DNA of 64,000 bases from Marsupella aquatica (Eukaryota; Plantae; Marchantiophyta), in the NCBI GenBank assembly GCA_973895155.1, contig OZ316896.1, positions 15,562,576 to 15,626,575 of the forward strand, written 5' to 3'. Of this stretch, positions 1-11,550 are shown in pieces. The first letter of the stretch is position 1, and each line of letters opens with the position of its first letter. A program made the position numbers and the translations under genes. Below the pieces are notes generated by a model. It was not told where the DNA came from and did not search any database. It saw only the letters and a list, made by a program, of their open reading frames with translations.

Positions 1-99
1 GGGAGAACGTCCAGCAGTCTAAGCTAACACTGCCAACTCTCAAACGGCTTTAGGTCAAGATATTCCAAGCTTACTAGCGTTGTTGTAAGAGGGAGGGAA

Positions 100-615
100 C
101 TATAATAATGCTCTACATTCTCCAATGTAGTTCTAATCTTCTTCTTTTTGCCTTGAAACAGAAAGTTGACCCATCCAAGAGAGATAAATACATTCTCCAC
201 TGTAGTTATAATTTTCTTCTTTTTGCCTTGAGACAGAAAGTTGACCCATCCAAGATAAATGATCAACTCCAGAGCATGCACCTCTATAGGGTAAATTTGC
301 CTTGAATCAGAAAGTTAAACCATCCAAAGAGAGATAGACTATCAACTCCACAGCATACACCTCTATAGGGTAGCCCACAAGGGGGTCATACCCACACCAA
401 GAGAGAGAGGGTCATACCCACACCAAGAGAGAGAGCTAATTTACCTGGTCAGATGGTTCACGTCTGATCCTTTTGGGCAATTCAGTAGTAGTATAGCGTT
501 ACGAGTTGTGATTCTAATCGTTTTGGGCTTTGCAGTAGTAGCCTAGCATTACTACTTGTGATTCAAATCATTTTGGGCGATTCAGTAGTGGCCTAGCGAT
601 AGGACTTGTGATTCT
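100..615. repeat. Cluster of short degenerate tandem repeats (about 75-bp unit x2-3, about 27-bp unit x2, about 55-bp unit x3)
   Basis: 'cttctttttgccttga.acagaaagttgacccatccaaga' recurs at about 140, 215 and 298. 'gggtcatacccacaccaagagagagag' occurs twice (about 383, 408). 'ttttgggc...cagtagt.g..tagc.tta...ttgtgattc' occurs three times (470-615). Confidence 0.8.
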
Positions 616-1495
616 GTCCAGCAAGTTAAATCAATCCTGTATTTGTCCTCTTCGAAAAATTGGCATGGAATAATGGTGACGCATGGGAGGTGGGAGGGGC
701 GAAGATTATCGGGGCGGGGAGGAAACGCTCTTCTTCTGAAAAAGTTTCAATCTGGAATTTTTTTACAAAAAGATGTCCCAAAACATCACCTACACTTTTT
801 ATGCACCAACTAAAGCGTTTTCGAAGCATATCCACCACATTTAAGTATGAGCATCCGCTTTCATGACCATTCGCTTGAAACGTCCCTACTGATCCATGAC
901 CTACCTATTGCAGCCGCCCTGGTTTCAAATGGTGTTCACTCAAAACTCGAGCTTCCGGGCTCTTTGGTGAGCAATTCTCGACAGAAAGAAGGGGCATGGG
1001 GACAGACGGATGTGTAAAGTCTCATGCTCAAGCAGAGAATACTCTCGATGCAATGAATCTGGTCTCGTGTATACGCAAAAATGGATGGACGGCTTTGTTG
1101 ATCTATCGATCGCGGCAGCAGAAATCCTAAACCCTTAAACTCTATCCAGCTCATGCAATTCTGTACTTCTCCATATATTCTACGGAGCACTTGCCAAACC
1201 ACACGTTCGTGTGATGATGTCACAAATGGGCTCGAGCAGCAATCGTTTAATTCCACCAGTGAGTTCTCGACAGACTGACGCAAATTCTCTCCCATCAAGA
1301 GTTGTCTGCAACTTCGCCTTTCTAGTGTCTGACAGCGAAGCTCGCTGGAGGCTGGAGATTATTCTACTAAAAAACCCGGCAAAAGGTCTGGGCTGCCACA
1401 GGCTACTCCACCTGAATTGTCGCCGCTACTGTGGACCCATAGTTCAAAAGACGGAATTTAAATTGACCGAGTCATATTCCCACTCGACATTGTCT

Positions 1496-2017
1496 TCAGA
1501 CCTCCGTGGTCGGCTCCCGGTCACGCTCCTCGTGACTCTGTCTCACACATTCGGCTACTTTCATTTCAGGTAAAGCACTGTCATCTACTTTCGCTTCAGG
1601 TGCGGCATTGTCAGCTCTGGTGGCAAGGGGAGAATTCTTCGTACCTTTCTCCATGCTACACTGCGATAGAGTAGATTGTCTACTCCTCGGCCCATCAGGT
1701 GGTTTAGACTTCTTGGCAGTACATGTTTTTGCTACATCTTTCAGCGCTACGATCAGGGCTTCCATTCCCTTCAGAGCAGCGCAATTGCTGAAATCGCCAT
1801 CACACATCTGGGGCTCCACCAGGTCTTCAGAACAAGTGCCTGAAAGATCGCCAAAGGTGGAGAGGCTCAAGCTTTAATATCCGGCAGGGGACGAACAACT
1901 GCAGAAGAAATAGCGCATTTGTCAATGTTTGATAATACCTGAACCGAGACTACCATTCATTGGCTCGTAGGCCCCGTTCGTACCCTCCATAGCGCTCAAG
2001 GGTCCTTGCAAAGCCAT
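1496..2017 (-). pseudogene. Truncated inverted paralog of the first two coding exons of the CLASSY/DRD1-like gene
   Basis: Exon 1 (2017-1939) reads MALQGPLSAMEGTNGAYEPMNGSLGS versus MALQGPLSTMEGTNGNYEPMNESLGG at 16620, with the same phase-1 GT donor and 'gatctttcag' acceptor. Exon 2 (1839-1496) reads GTCSEDLVEPQMCDGDFSNCAALKGME...GTKNSPLAT versus GTFCEGLVEPPMSDADFRNCAALKGME...GTKNSPLAT. A 1-nt deletion (gaccggg versus gaccgggg) precedes the TGA, and I saw no SNF2 exons downstream. Confidence 0.8.
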
Positions 2018-3559
2018 CCTTGGGACAAAATCGACCGCACACATATAGTGCAGGGGACTCGCCTGATCTGAACTTTATCCAAGAGAAGGACAACTAAATA
2101 TAATCACTTCATGCTACCTCCGGGGATTTTCATTTTGTACACTGAACTTTCTCCAGAAGGACATATCCTGACAAGATGGTCAGTTCGTGCTAATTCCGGG
2201 GATTTTGATTTTGTGATGTGAACTTCCTCAAGCACAAGGATAAATCTTGAAATACATAATCCAAGCAAAACACTACCCTCAACTTTGCAAATGTCCACGG
2301 ATAAACGAATCCACGCAAAGTACTCCCTCACATTTGCAAATGCGCTAAGGATACAAGAATCCGAGTAAACCACTACCCTCAAATTGGCAGAATCTCCGTC
2401 CGACAATACTACTCCATGACTGACTCGCATCAGTCCCGAAAGGATGAAGAAGAATCAGGTGACGAGCTTGTCAGCTACAGTACCTACTGTGCCATCAATA
2501 CCTTCAAAAGTGCAGGTTACCTCGCTCGAAACACTTCAAACTTCGCATGGCGAGCCTTACAACAACCCCATATTCAGGTTCACTTGAAATTCTGGCCTCC
2601 CGTCTTCATCCACAACAGAAAACAAAATCGGTCTTATTTAGAATGCATTCGGATGGCAATGCACACTACGCTAATTTTCTCCGAACTCAATGCGAAACAT
2701 TTGAGGACTCCGAACTCAATGCGATTTTCTCTCCTTTCGTCTTCCCGTCGCACCAACACAATCACGAACCGTTTCTTCCGTCCACTCCTAAAAACCAGAC
2801 GGACAGAATTTGTTTCTTCAACATAGAGTAGTGATGGGAGACAACGCGCGCAAGAAGACGAACAGATACAAAATGTGCGCTCGATGAATAATATAAAATA
2901 TGCGCGGAGTTTGTTGTGATACAATCATATCAGTGCGTTTCACTCACCGAGTAGCTGATGAAGTGATGAACTGAGATCCCAATGACGAATGTTTTGCGAG
3001 GCTTTACAAGTGAACCAGGGTACGGTGGCAACTCTACTCCTCGTCGTGAGGGAGTCATCGATGGCGCCGTAGTTTTTCCCCTGATGGATCTTTCTCGACC
3101 TTCCATAGTTTCATGAGTGAATTGAGTTCCTTTCCCATTTGCCATTAATTTTGCGGTCGTGTGGATCGCTGTGGGAGAACCACCGAGCGAACGTGGATTT
3201 ACTCCCCTTCTGAATGACGGCTGTTTGGTGTCTTTCCCAATCAAGTCCCTCGGATGTTCTATGACGTTCCCTTGCTTCACTACAGTAGTCCTTCTGGTAC
3301 TCCTCTCCCTCCTAAACTGGTCCCTTTAATAATAATAATAATAAATACACATCATAATATGACATACTAGCTCAATATAGGTGAGTTGCACAAAAGATAG
3401 ATAGAGAGATATGCTTAGTAGATCCCCTTGTAGAAAAAGTTTGCTTAATCAACCCTCTCTATACTTTTCCCCAATCTGGACCGTTGATGGACTTTTTGAT
3501 CTCAGATCTGGACCGTTGATAGACCTCAGGGGGTCGATATATCAAGTAACAAGTTTCAT

Positions 3560-3970
3560 TTTGTGTCGGCCAAGATGTCATTAAGAAAAAAACTGTCGTG
3601 TCAACCAAGATGTCGTTAAGAAAAAAAATGTCATGTCGGCCAAGATATTGTTGAGAAAAATGATGTATTGTTGGACAAGACGTTGTTGAAAAAAAAGATA
3701 TCGTGTTAGCCAAGATGTCGTTAAGACAAAAGATGTTGTGTCGGCCCAAGATGTCATTAATAAAATAGAGGTCGTGTCCGGGGTCGTGTTGTCAATGATG
3801 TTGTTATATAAAAGATGTCATTAAAAAAGAACTTGTGTCACCAAAGAAGTCATCATGTAACGATGTCATCAAGTAAAAACATGTCATTAAAACAAAGAAG
3901 TTGTGTCACCAAAGAAGTTGTTATGTGAAAGATGTCGTTAAGAAGATGTCAAGTAAAAAGATGTTGTTTA
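3560..3970. repeat. Degenerate minisatellite of about 35-bp units, probably internal to a non-autonomous TE
   Basis: About 10 variant copies of 'gtcgtgtcggccaagatgtcgttaagaaaaaa'. Confidence 0.7.
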
Positions 3971-4946
3971 AAAAACTCAGGCAGGGGAGAAGGGAAGAGG
4001 GAGGGAGTGGGGCAAGGCAGGGCCGTCCCAGGCCATCGCGGCTGGGAAGGAGGGTGGTGGGAGGTTGACCGCAAGAATGCGGCAGTCGACGGTCAGTGTG
4101 CGGAGCAAGGCGGTAGGGTGGTTGCCCCACTTGTAGTAGAGGCTGGCCGCACGACATTTTACTTGCCTCGGCTCAGTGCTGTTGCCGCAATCAGACAGCA
4201 GTTGACCTCAGGAGCTGGTGTGAGGGCCATTTTTGGTCGCTATTGCTTTGTTTTATTTCCAGATTGAATTCACCCAAAATGGCCCTGCAAATTCAAATGA
4301 CGACCACGGCAAAAATGGGCGCAACGTTGTATTATAGTTTCTGATGTTGTCCAATATGGTTGTCCCTTTATATATGTATCCCTAAACCGTGTCACCCCAG
4401 CCAAGAGTGGTTTGGCCCCCAACCCCTTGTTATCTCATCCAAATATATATTGAATTTTGCCAAGTATATTTGTTTTTATAAAATGATTTCATTCATATGA
4501 GTACCAAGGGGAATGGTGTATACACTTTCCTTGCATTGCATGCACATGAGGTGTACAATCGGGCAGGGTCAATACAAATAAGACAATGGCAGGGGAGGGA
4601 TTAGATAAAAGAGTGTATTTGCAAGTACAATGATGACATCAAAAGAAAGTACTTTACTTGCTAAAGTGATGAGGAATAGCAAGAAGGATTATACTCCCTT
4701 CATATTTTGCCATGGCTATTTTTATTTGTTCTCTTAGCTTTGCTTTTGAAAATTGTAAATGAATTTTGAATGACAACCACTTCAAAAAGTGGCACAGCTG
4801 TGTATTATAGGAGTTACTAGGGAATAGGGAATATGACATAAAGGTCCTGCAGGTAAGTGCACATCAAAATGTTTTGATGACATACATGGGGAATATGACA
4901 TATAAGTCTAGGTAAGTGCACATCAAATGCAACATGTTTTGTGCAT

Positions 4947-5243
4947 TAGGGCGTCTCAAATATGTCCATTTTTCTGCTTTGACTACGCCTGGGCGTGTTG
5001 TAGTTTGGGACAACAATCATGACCGGTCAGGCACCGATTGTGAGGCCCGACCAGTCATGCTCAAGACTGTAAGAGTCCCCATTTCACAATTAACAAAAGC
5101 ATTCAGTGTGTCGTGATCGAGGCCCCTCATTTATTCATAGTTACCTCAAAAAGTAATTACCCGGTTGTACCTTGTTGCAATGCTCCCGACTGCCTTGTGG
5201 GCCTCCCATGCGGCGCTTGTTTTTTTATATATGAGACGCCCTA
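4947..5243. mobile_element. MITE-like element, about 297 bp
   Basis: Terminal inverted repeats tagggcgtctca (4947) and tgagacgcccta (5243). No convincing TSD. Confidence 0.55.
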
Positions 5244-5364
5244 CTATGATAAATCTTGTTATTTCTTTAAATCAATGAGTGCACACAGTATATTATCACA
5301 TTTTGATGTGTGATTACCGGCAGGGCTAAACTAAGCCTAGCTCGTCTTGTCTGCCCTCCTATGC

Positions 5365-5550
5365 GTTCCTCTAATCTTACTAATAAAGCTGAATGGTCTC
5401 TCCTACGCATTTTTTCTAATCTACTAATGAAGCCCAATGCTTCCTCCTACATGTTCCTCTACTCTTACTAATAAAGCCCAATGCAAAGCTACTTTTGAGA
5501 TTTATTTTTCTCATGTGCGCGTTCCTCTAATCTTACTAATAAAGGGCAAT
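5365..5550 (+). repeat. Four tandem copies of a 'tctaatcttactaataaag' motif resembling a Helitron 5' end
   Basis: The motif occurs at about 5370, 5415, 5457 and 5527. It resembles the TC-initiated AT-rich 5' termini of plant Helitrons. Confidence 0.4.
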
Positions 5551-6166
5551 GCATTACTAATAATCGGAGGCAGATGTCAGTCAGAGGCAATTGGGCTTGA
5601 TCACTGCAGCCTGCATAGAAGGGACAACATTCTTTTTGGTCGCTAGTCTTTGGATTTTTTGCAGCACAATTTCTTTCACCCAGAACAACCCCACAACCCT
5701 ACACCTCACCCTCACCCCCCCCTTGGGTGACCCCAACGCTACAGTAGGGTGGCTCTCACCCCCTAGTGTGCACACCCAACAATTTTTGAATGACAACCAT
5801 GTCATCAATTGACTTAACAGTCAATTATAGTTTTAACCTTAATATATTGTTGTGCTAGTTAGGATAGACCTCATGGTTGAGGGCGAATACTGAGGTGCAA
5901 GGGGAAGACTAATGCACCAAAGGGGGACCAAGCATCAAGGATGCCTAACCCTCATTGTCATGCATGCATGCATGCAAAGGATGAACTTAAATTTATTTAA
6001 TTAGTTCATGGACCCCTTGGCTAATTGACAACATGCTTATCACAAGCAGTTGTCAAAATCAGGCCTTTTCGCTACATGCTACCAGATTCTCAAGCTATAC
6101 GAGTCAGAATTCAATTTGTGGTAATTCCTTTTGAAATTAGATGAATGTCTGATCAAATGAATTGTA

Positions 6167-6328
6167 TCCGGCTTCATGCAGGCGAGTTGCAGCCTGCAAT
6201 CCGAACTGGGGCCAGGTTTTTGGGGTTAGCTCTCTCTCGCGAGGTCGCGACCCTTTGTCCTGGCCATTGTAGCACGTGTGTCGCCCAGGGCGTAAGGGGC
6301 ATGCTGACTTGACGTCATCCTCACCTTC
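6167..6328 (-). other. rrn16: Nuclear plastid DNA insertion (NUPT): 162-bp fragment of plastid-type 16S rRNA (3' major domain)
   Basis: The reverse complement reads GAAGGTGAGGATGACGTCAAGTCAGCATGCCCCTTACGCCCTGGGCGACACACGTGCTACAATGG...TTCGGATTGCAGGCTGCAACTCGCCTGCATGAAGCCGGA. These are universal 16S motifs with plastid/cyanobacterial-type variants. The flanks are non-rRNA. Confidence 0.88.
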
Positions 6329-6577
6329 ATTGAGTTCAAGTTCGGACCATGGCTAGCAATTCACCTCAATTGCAAAGGGTTGGAAATCTTACTCCAGGTG
6401 CCAATTACCCTTTAACAGTTGAGTTATCAAGTTAATTATTAGTCATTATTTATTATATGAAAAATACTTTTTAATTCTTTGAATTTAAGTTTTAAAATTG
6501 GATAAGTAACTAAAATGGTTACATAGTGACAGTTTTAATCGTCTTGCTCTTTGCAATTCTAACTTTTTACTTTTCTT

Positions 6578-6742
6578 TTTACGGCATGGCGTCCCAAAAT
6601 TTACACCAAAATTGACACAAACACAAATGAAAACTATAAGTTTTATTCACAAAATTGACGAGTCTTGTTTATTGCGCTTGTTGTTGACGTGACACACCGT
6701 GGTGCCAGGAATTTTGGAAGGGAGCTCTCATGGGGTCCGTAA
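6578..6742 (+). mobile_element. Dispersed MITE-like repeat of about 165 bp, copy 1
   Basis: 'ttacggcatggcgtccc...gccaggaattttggaaggga.ctct..tggggtccgtaa'. Homologous copies lie at 10668-10831 (inverted) and 37482-37643. Ends are TA-CGG...CCG-TA. Confidence 0.7.
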
Positions 6743-7254
6743 TTAATTACTCTCCTTCTATCATCAAAGGTATTGTCTTTGATTTAACTTTGTCAATTAA
6801 ATTGCTATAATTATTACATTATGTGCTATTGTAGATTCATCACGAAAAGCAATCTCAAAGGTATTGTCTTTATTGATATCATTATTACATATTACAATAT
6901 TGTAGATTTGCCATGAGGAGCCTTTTGTACAAAGGAGCCAACATTTGTTGCCCGTGACCTTTTGGGAAAGATCCATGGACCATCAGATTTTGAACCTTGC
7001 AATTGTCGTGTCCCGGCCACTCAGCCCTACTACCACACAATCTGGGGCAGTTGTGGACCTCAACCCATTGTTCTTGGTATTTATCATCAAAACCAGATAT
7101 CATACATACATTAAGAACAAAACTCAAGATCGAGGCTAATCATTGGGATTAACATTGATTAGCCCCATATACTTGGCTGCCCACAGCCCAGAATTCATGA
7201 TGTTAGTATACGGTGAAATACCTGGAGCGAATCAATTTGGACACTACTTGCCCC

Positions 7255-7320
7255 AAGGCTGGGTGGTAGAGGAGCTCTTTGGGATGTGAGAGGTCCCAGG
7301 TTTGAATCCCGCGCGCAACG
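7255..7320 (+). mobile_element. tRNA(Pro)-like decayed sequence, probable SINE head
   Basis: 'tttgggatgtgagaggtcccaggtttgaatcccg' resembles the tRNA-Pro anticodon arm to T arm (TTTGGGTGCGAGAGGTCCCGGGTTCGAATCCCG) with CpG decay. There is no intact cloverleaf. Confidence 0.45.
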
Positions 7321-7782
7321 CTAAGTGCTTTTGCTATTCATCCCACCCAAAAGTGGGGATCATTCACACTCTAGTAACACTTTGAAAAAGTGTGACTATG
7401 AAAAAATATCTCCAGGCAGCACGTGCGGGGAGCAAGCGGCGAAAAGAGTACGGGAGGATCATTATGAGCCTCTATCTTGTCTTTCGTGATGAGTATACAT
7501 ATGGGCAACAAGCAATACGTACAGGATAATTAAAGCGTGAGGGGGGTATTAAAGGTATTAAAGCCTAAGGCTCTTAATGAGTCTCAAGATTGTTTTTCAT
7601 CCTTGTTTTATAGTACCCCATGTAGTACTTGCAATACTCCAATCATTATTACACATGACCACCTGCAATCCAATACAATAATCACTAATAGTATCCATTA
7701 TTGTGCTTCTTGTGTATGGTTTACGATACTCCTTGATCATCTTGCATGGTACATTCCTCTCTCTTCTTTGGTCTCCCATTGA

Positions 7783-8684
7783 GGTATATGCTTGATGGAC
7801 CCTTCCAAAAGAAATTTAGGTGATAGCCCCTTATGAAACTTTTGTTACAAACTAAGCCCCCTCTTACATTTTTGTGTCATATGTTCTTGTAAAGTTACTA
7901 CAAGGAGTTTTAGCTTGATATCATCACCAATAAGAGCTACTCTAAAGTTTAGAGTTAAAACATGTTAAAAGAAAAACTACACCATGGGGGGAACTGCGGA
8001 GTAATGGCAGCAGTTGCGCGAACTTCAGTTTTTAAGTGAAGACAATATGGTTTATGTCTTCAGGTTTGAATTTCTACCGTACTGTCTGTCTTTAGGTTGC
8101 TTCACAAAACCTATGCACAGGGTTTGCATCATAATTTGATATTTCTCTTTGTTCTTTTGTATAAGTATGGAATAAATCCTCTACTTTTGGCCATTGGTCC
8201 CTACTGTAATGTTTAAAAATTGTCTAAGTATGGAAGGAACCAAGTATCTTGTAATCTTGACTGTTTTCCCTTGTTGCAACTTTCAAAAGTTGCCTAAGTG
8301 TGAAACAAAGACACCATGGAGTCAATCACAAGGGGGAAATTTTGCTAGCCTGCAAGAACTAGACTAAATGTTTTGACTAATTGTTGTACAAACCCACTAT
8401 CATGTAGTGATGGATCCTTTAAGACTCTATAATCATGTCAAGACATATCCATTATGTCTTCAAGAATAGACATACGAGGGGTGGACTGTGACGCAATGCA
8501 ATGGATTGCGATGAGAAATGTATGGTGTTATGCACCACAAAAGAACTAATATGTGTACCAAACCTATGTAGGGGGCCTAGTTGGTAACAACATTTTTGTG
8601 GGGGGCCTAGTTTGTAACAAAGGTGTAGTAGGGGCCTCTCCCATAAATTTGGTTTGACAAGGGTCCCATCAAGCATATAACTTA
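7783..8684. mobile_element. Non-autonomous DNA transposon of about 900 bp with long degenerate TIRs (MULE/MITE-like)
   Basis: 'atatgcttgatggacccttccaaaagaaattt...ttgttacaaactaagcccc' (7786-7862) is the inverse of 'ggggcctagtttgtaacaa...aaatttggtttgacaagggtcccatcaagcatat' (8600-8680). Confidence 0.6.
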
Positions 8685-10667
8685 AGTTTGGATGGCCCCT
8701 CTTCCACAAAATTGCACATCACGTGCAACGAAGAACAGTCATTTTATTGGTTCAAAGGGAAGAGATAAGAATTTTTGCAAAAGGATCTTTTAAATTCAAT
8801 TTTGAGACTTCTAAGAACATGAGGTTATTTTTAATTAAAAATTTGGAATATTCCAATTTTATAAAGGTTAACAAATAAATATTTTTCTTACATTTTAGGG
8901 AGTCCAAGGCCTAGAAAAGTCGCAAATGATGGGAAGGTCTCCATATAATGAGACCCATGAGGATGACCTTCAATCCATCTCCAATGGCTCCCTCAACTAG
9001 GGATGAGACCTGGTAGAATGCTTGAACAGTTTTAGAAGAGTTTTCCAGTGGGCCAAACACTGTCAAATACCATGAGTATTTAAATTATCACAATTTTCTG
9101 AATCCTTCTTTGAAAGTCTAGCTATGGCACCAACTATAATTTTTTTTCAAATTTCTCCCAGATTTCTTGATGAAAGGTATTGTAATTAGAATTTTGGAAA
9201 CCTTACAAATATATTTCCAATGAGCCCAACATTGCTAGATTTTTTCAGGGATTGAAAAGCTCATAGATTTCAAATTGTTCTACCTTTTGTGAAGTTCTAA
9301 CTATCTCGTCAACAAAATATGACTTTGAGTTTCTCCCTCATCTCTTGATGCATCCATTCATGCTTAGATTTCTTAGAAATTTTTGTTGAAAAAAGTTTTA
9401 AATGACCCCAATATTGCTAGATTTTGTCTAGTATTAAAGAGCTCCCTGTTTTCTAGAATTGCTTTGCCCTTCCTTGATGGTCTAGTTATGTACTCAACAA
9501 AAACCTATTTTACATCTTTGAATTTCCATGGGGGTTATATATACTATTACAGATATATTTACGGACCTCCATGGGAAGTTTCTTCCTAAAACTCTCACCA
9601 TAACAAGGGACTCTTGAAACTTGGGAACACATGTTTTTTTCTTTGAAATTTTGCCACAAGCTGACCATTAATTGGATAGTCAGAGGGTATTTGCCAAATT
9701 TGATGGTCATCTATAAATCTAACAACTACACACTAGCTTAATTTGGCTCATAAGTTTACGTGGCATATGCCACTGTACGGGCCACTGTATCACAGAAATT
9801 GCGAATCCTGTAGGGGCACCACATTGAAGGTATCGATAATTCAGGAAAAAAAATGTTAAAAATTAGTTCACGGTTATTTAAAAAAATTCCTTTGCTTGAA
9901 TGAAAGACGCCCCTGTAGCATCTCATGTTGTTGGACACAACCCAGGTGGAATCACACAGCCTGTAATAAATGTTCACATAGAAAAATACTCAACGCAACA
10001 AAAAATTGCATTAGTCTAGCACATCTAAATACTCATCAGAATTCTATTTGGGTCGCAAAAGTTAATTTGAGGATTTGATAAGTCCATAATGGTCTCTTTT
10101 GCTAAAAGAAAAGCTTACATGGACGTAGAGTTTTGATAAGGACCTCCAATGGGCTCACATACGTTACGGTTAGGTTAGCTATGGATACAAATAGCACTGG
10201 ACCCAAGAATAAGTGCCAAACAACACAGAAGGGGGGCCAAGAAGTCACTTTCAAAATATGCGGCTACCCCAGGGTTGTTTCGCTCTACGGACCATCATCT
10301 TTGTTATACAAACACCCGGGGGGTTTTTTCCTCTACGTAGGGTCCATCAAGTATTTGTTATGCAAACCCCTTTGTATTTATGGGTCTCCGTGTCCATTAT
10401 GCCTTAAAAATTAAAAAGAAAATTAAACCTGAAAAAAACAATGCATGGGTTTCCGTGCCCCTTCGCACAGAAAACTAGTAAAATAAATTTCAACTTTGGA
10501 AAACTAAAAACAATTATTTAACTTCCAAAGAATATAACCCCTCCCTTTACCCTAGTAAAGCAATCGGATGACGTTGAATGAGGCAAGGACAGGAAAAGGC
10601 ACAGAGAGAATGGAATCTGGTACGGAAGGGTATGGAGTCGAACGAGGCAAGAAAGAAAGAATTTTTG

Positions 10668-10831
10668 TTACGGACCCCCATAAGAGATCTCTTGCAAATT
10701 CCCTGTCACGAGGTTACGCCACATCATCACAACCAGTCACAAACAAAAATGATCCCACTTTTAACAATAACAAACATGCACATTCCTGTTTGTGACAAAA
10801 ATAACGTAATTTTTAGGGCACCATGCCGTAA
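10668..10831 (-). mobile_element. Dispersed MITE-like repeat of about 165 bp, copy 2 (inverted)
   Basis: 'ttacggacccccataagagatctcttgcaaattccctg...ttttagggcaccatgccgtaaa' is the reverse complement of the 6578-6742 element. Confidence 0.6.
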
Positions 10832-11039
10832 ATATTGAACGTAAAAAAAACCAAAATACAAAGGGAAATATGTCATTTAGTAAAGTAAAATTACCATTTT
10901 GATGTTTGTCAAAGATATATCAATGTTTTATATCAAAATGTTTGTATTTTTTAATTGTTTGCAAGCTTGAAAGAACCAACCAATAGAAATGTACATAGTT
11001 AAAACCCCTTTGGCTTCACATTGTAAAACTAAATAATTA

Positions 11040-11550
11040 ATCTTCTTAGTACTTGATAAAATCTGTCAATGTTTGATTTATTTAAAAAATCAAGATCAAG
11101 ATTTAGAAACTGGTGACCTCTTTAGTATTGTCTTGATAAAAATTTTCAATGTCACACTCATTGGAAACCTAATATAAAATTAAAAACTCATCATCTCCTT
11201 AGTACTTGACAAAATTTATCAATGTTAGGTTCATTGGAAAGCTAGAAAAATTCAGATACTCATGATCTCTCTAATTCTTGACTAATAATCTCAATGTCAC
11301 ACATTAGAAAGCTAGAGAGATTGAAAAACTCATGATCTCTTTAGTATCGTGACAAAATCTGACGTAAAATTTGTCAATGTCGAACTCAATGTTGGAAAGC
11401 TAAAAGAATTCATGGACTCATGATCAAAATTTCTTATACTCACACTCATTGGAAAGGCAAAGAAATTCAAAAACTTATTTGGAACTTGACAATATTTGTC
11501 AATCTGAGGCTCATTGGAAACCCTTTCTCGATTAAGAAATATCACAATCT
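11040..11550. repeat. Degenerate tandem repeat, about 75-80-bp unit
   Basis: Recurring 'tagtacttgacaaaattt.tcaatgt....tcattggaaagctag...aaactcatgatctc'. Confidence 0.6.

Noticed and set aside
936-1298. 120-aa ORF as a continuation of the truncated paralog
   Set aside because: It shows no similarity to exons 3-7 of the full gene and no recognisable domain.
6167-6328. Functional rRNA gene or bacterial contamination
   Set aside because: Only 162 bp with non-rRNA flanks, so it is best explained as an organellar insertion.
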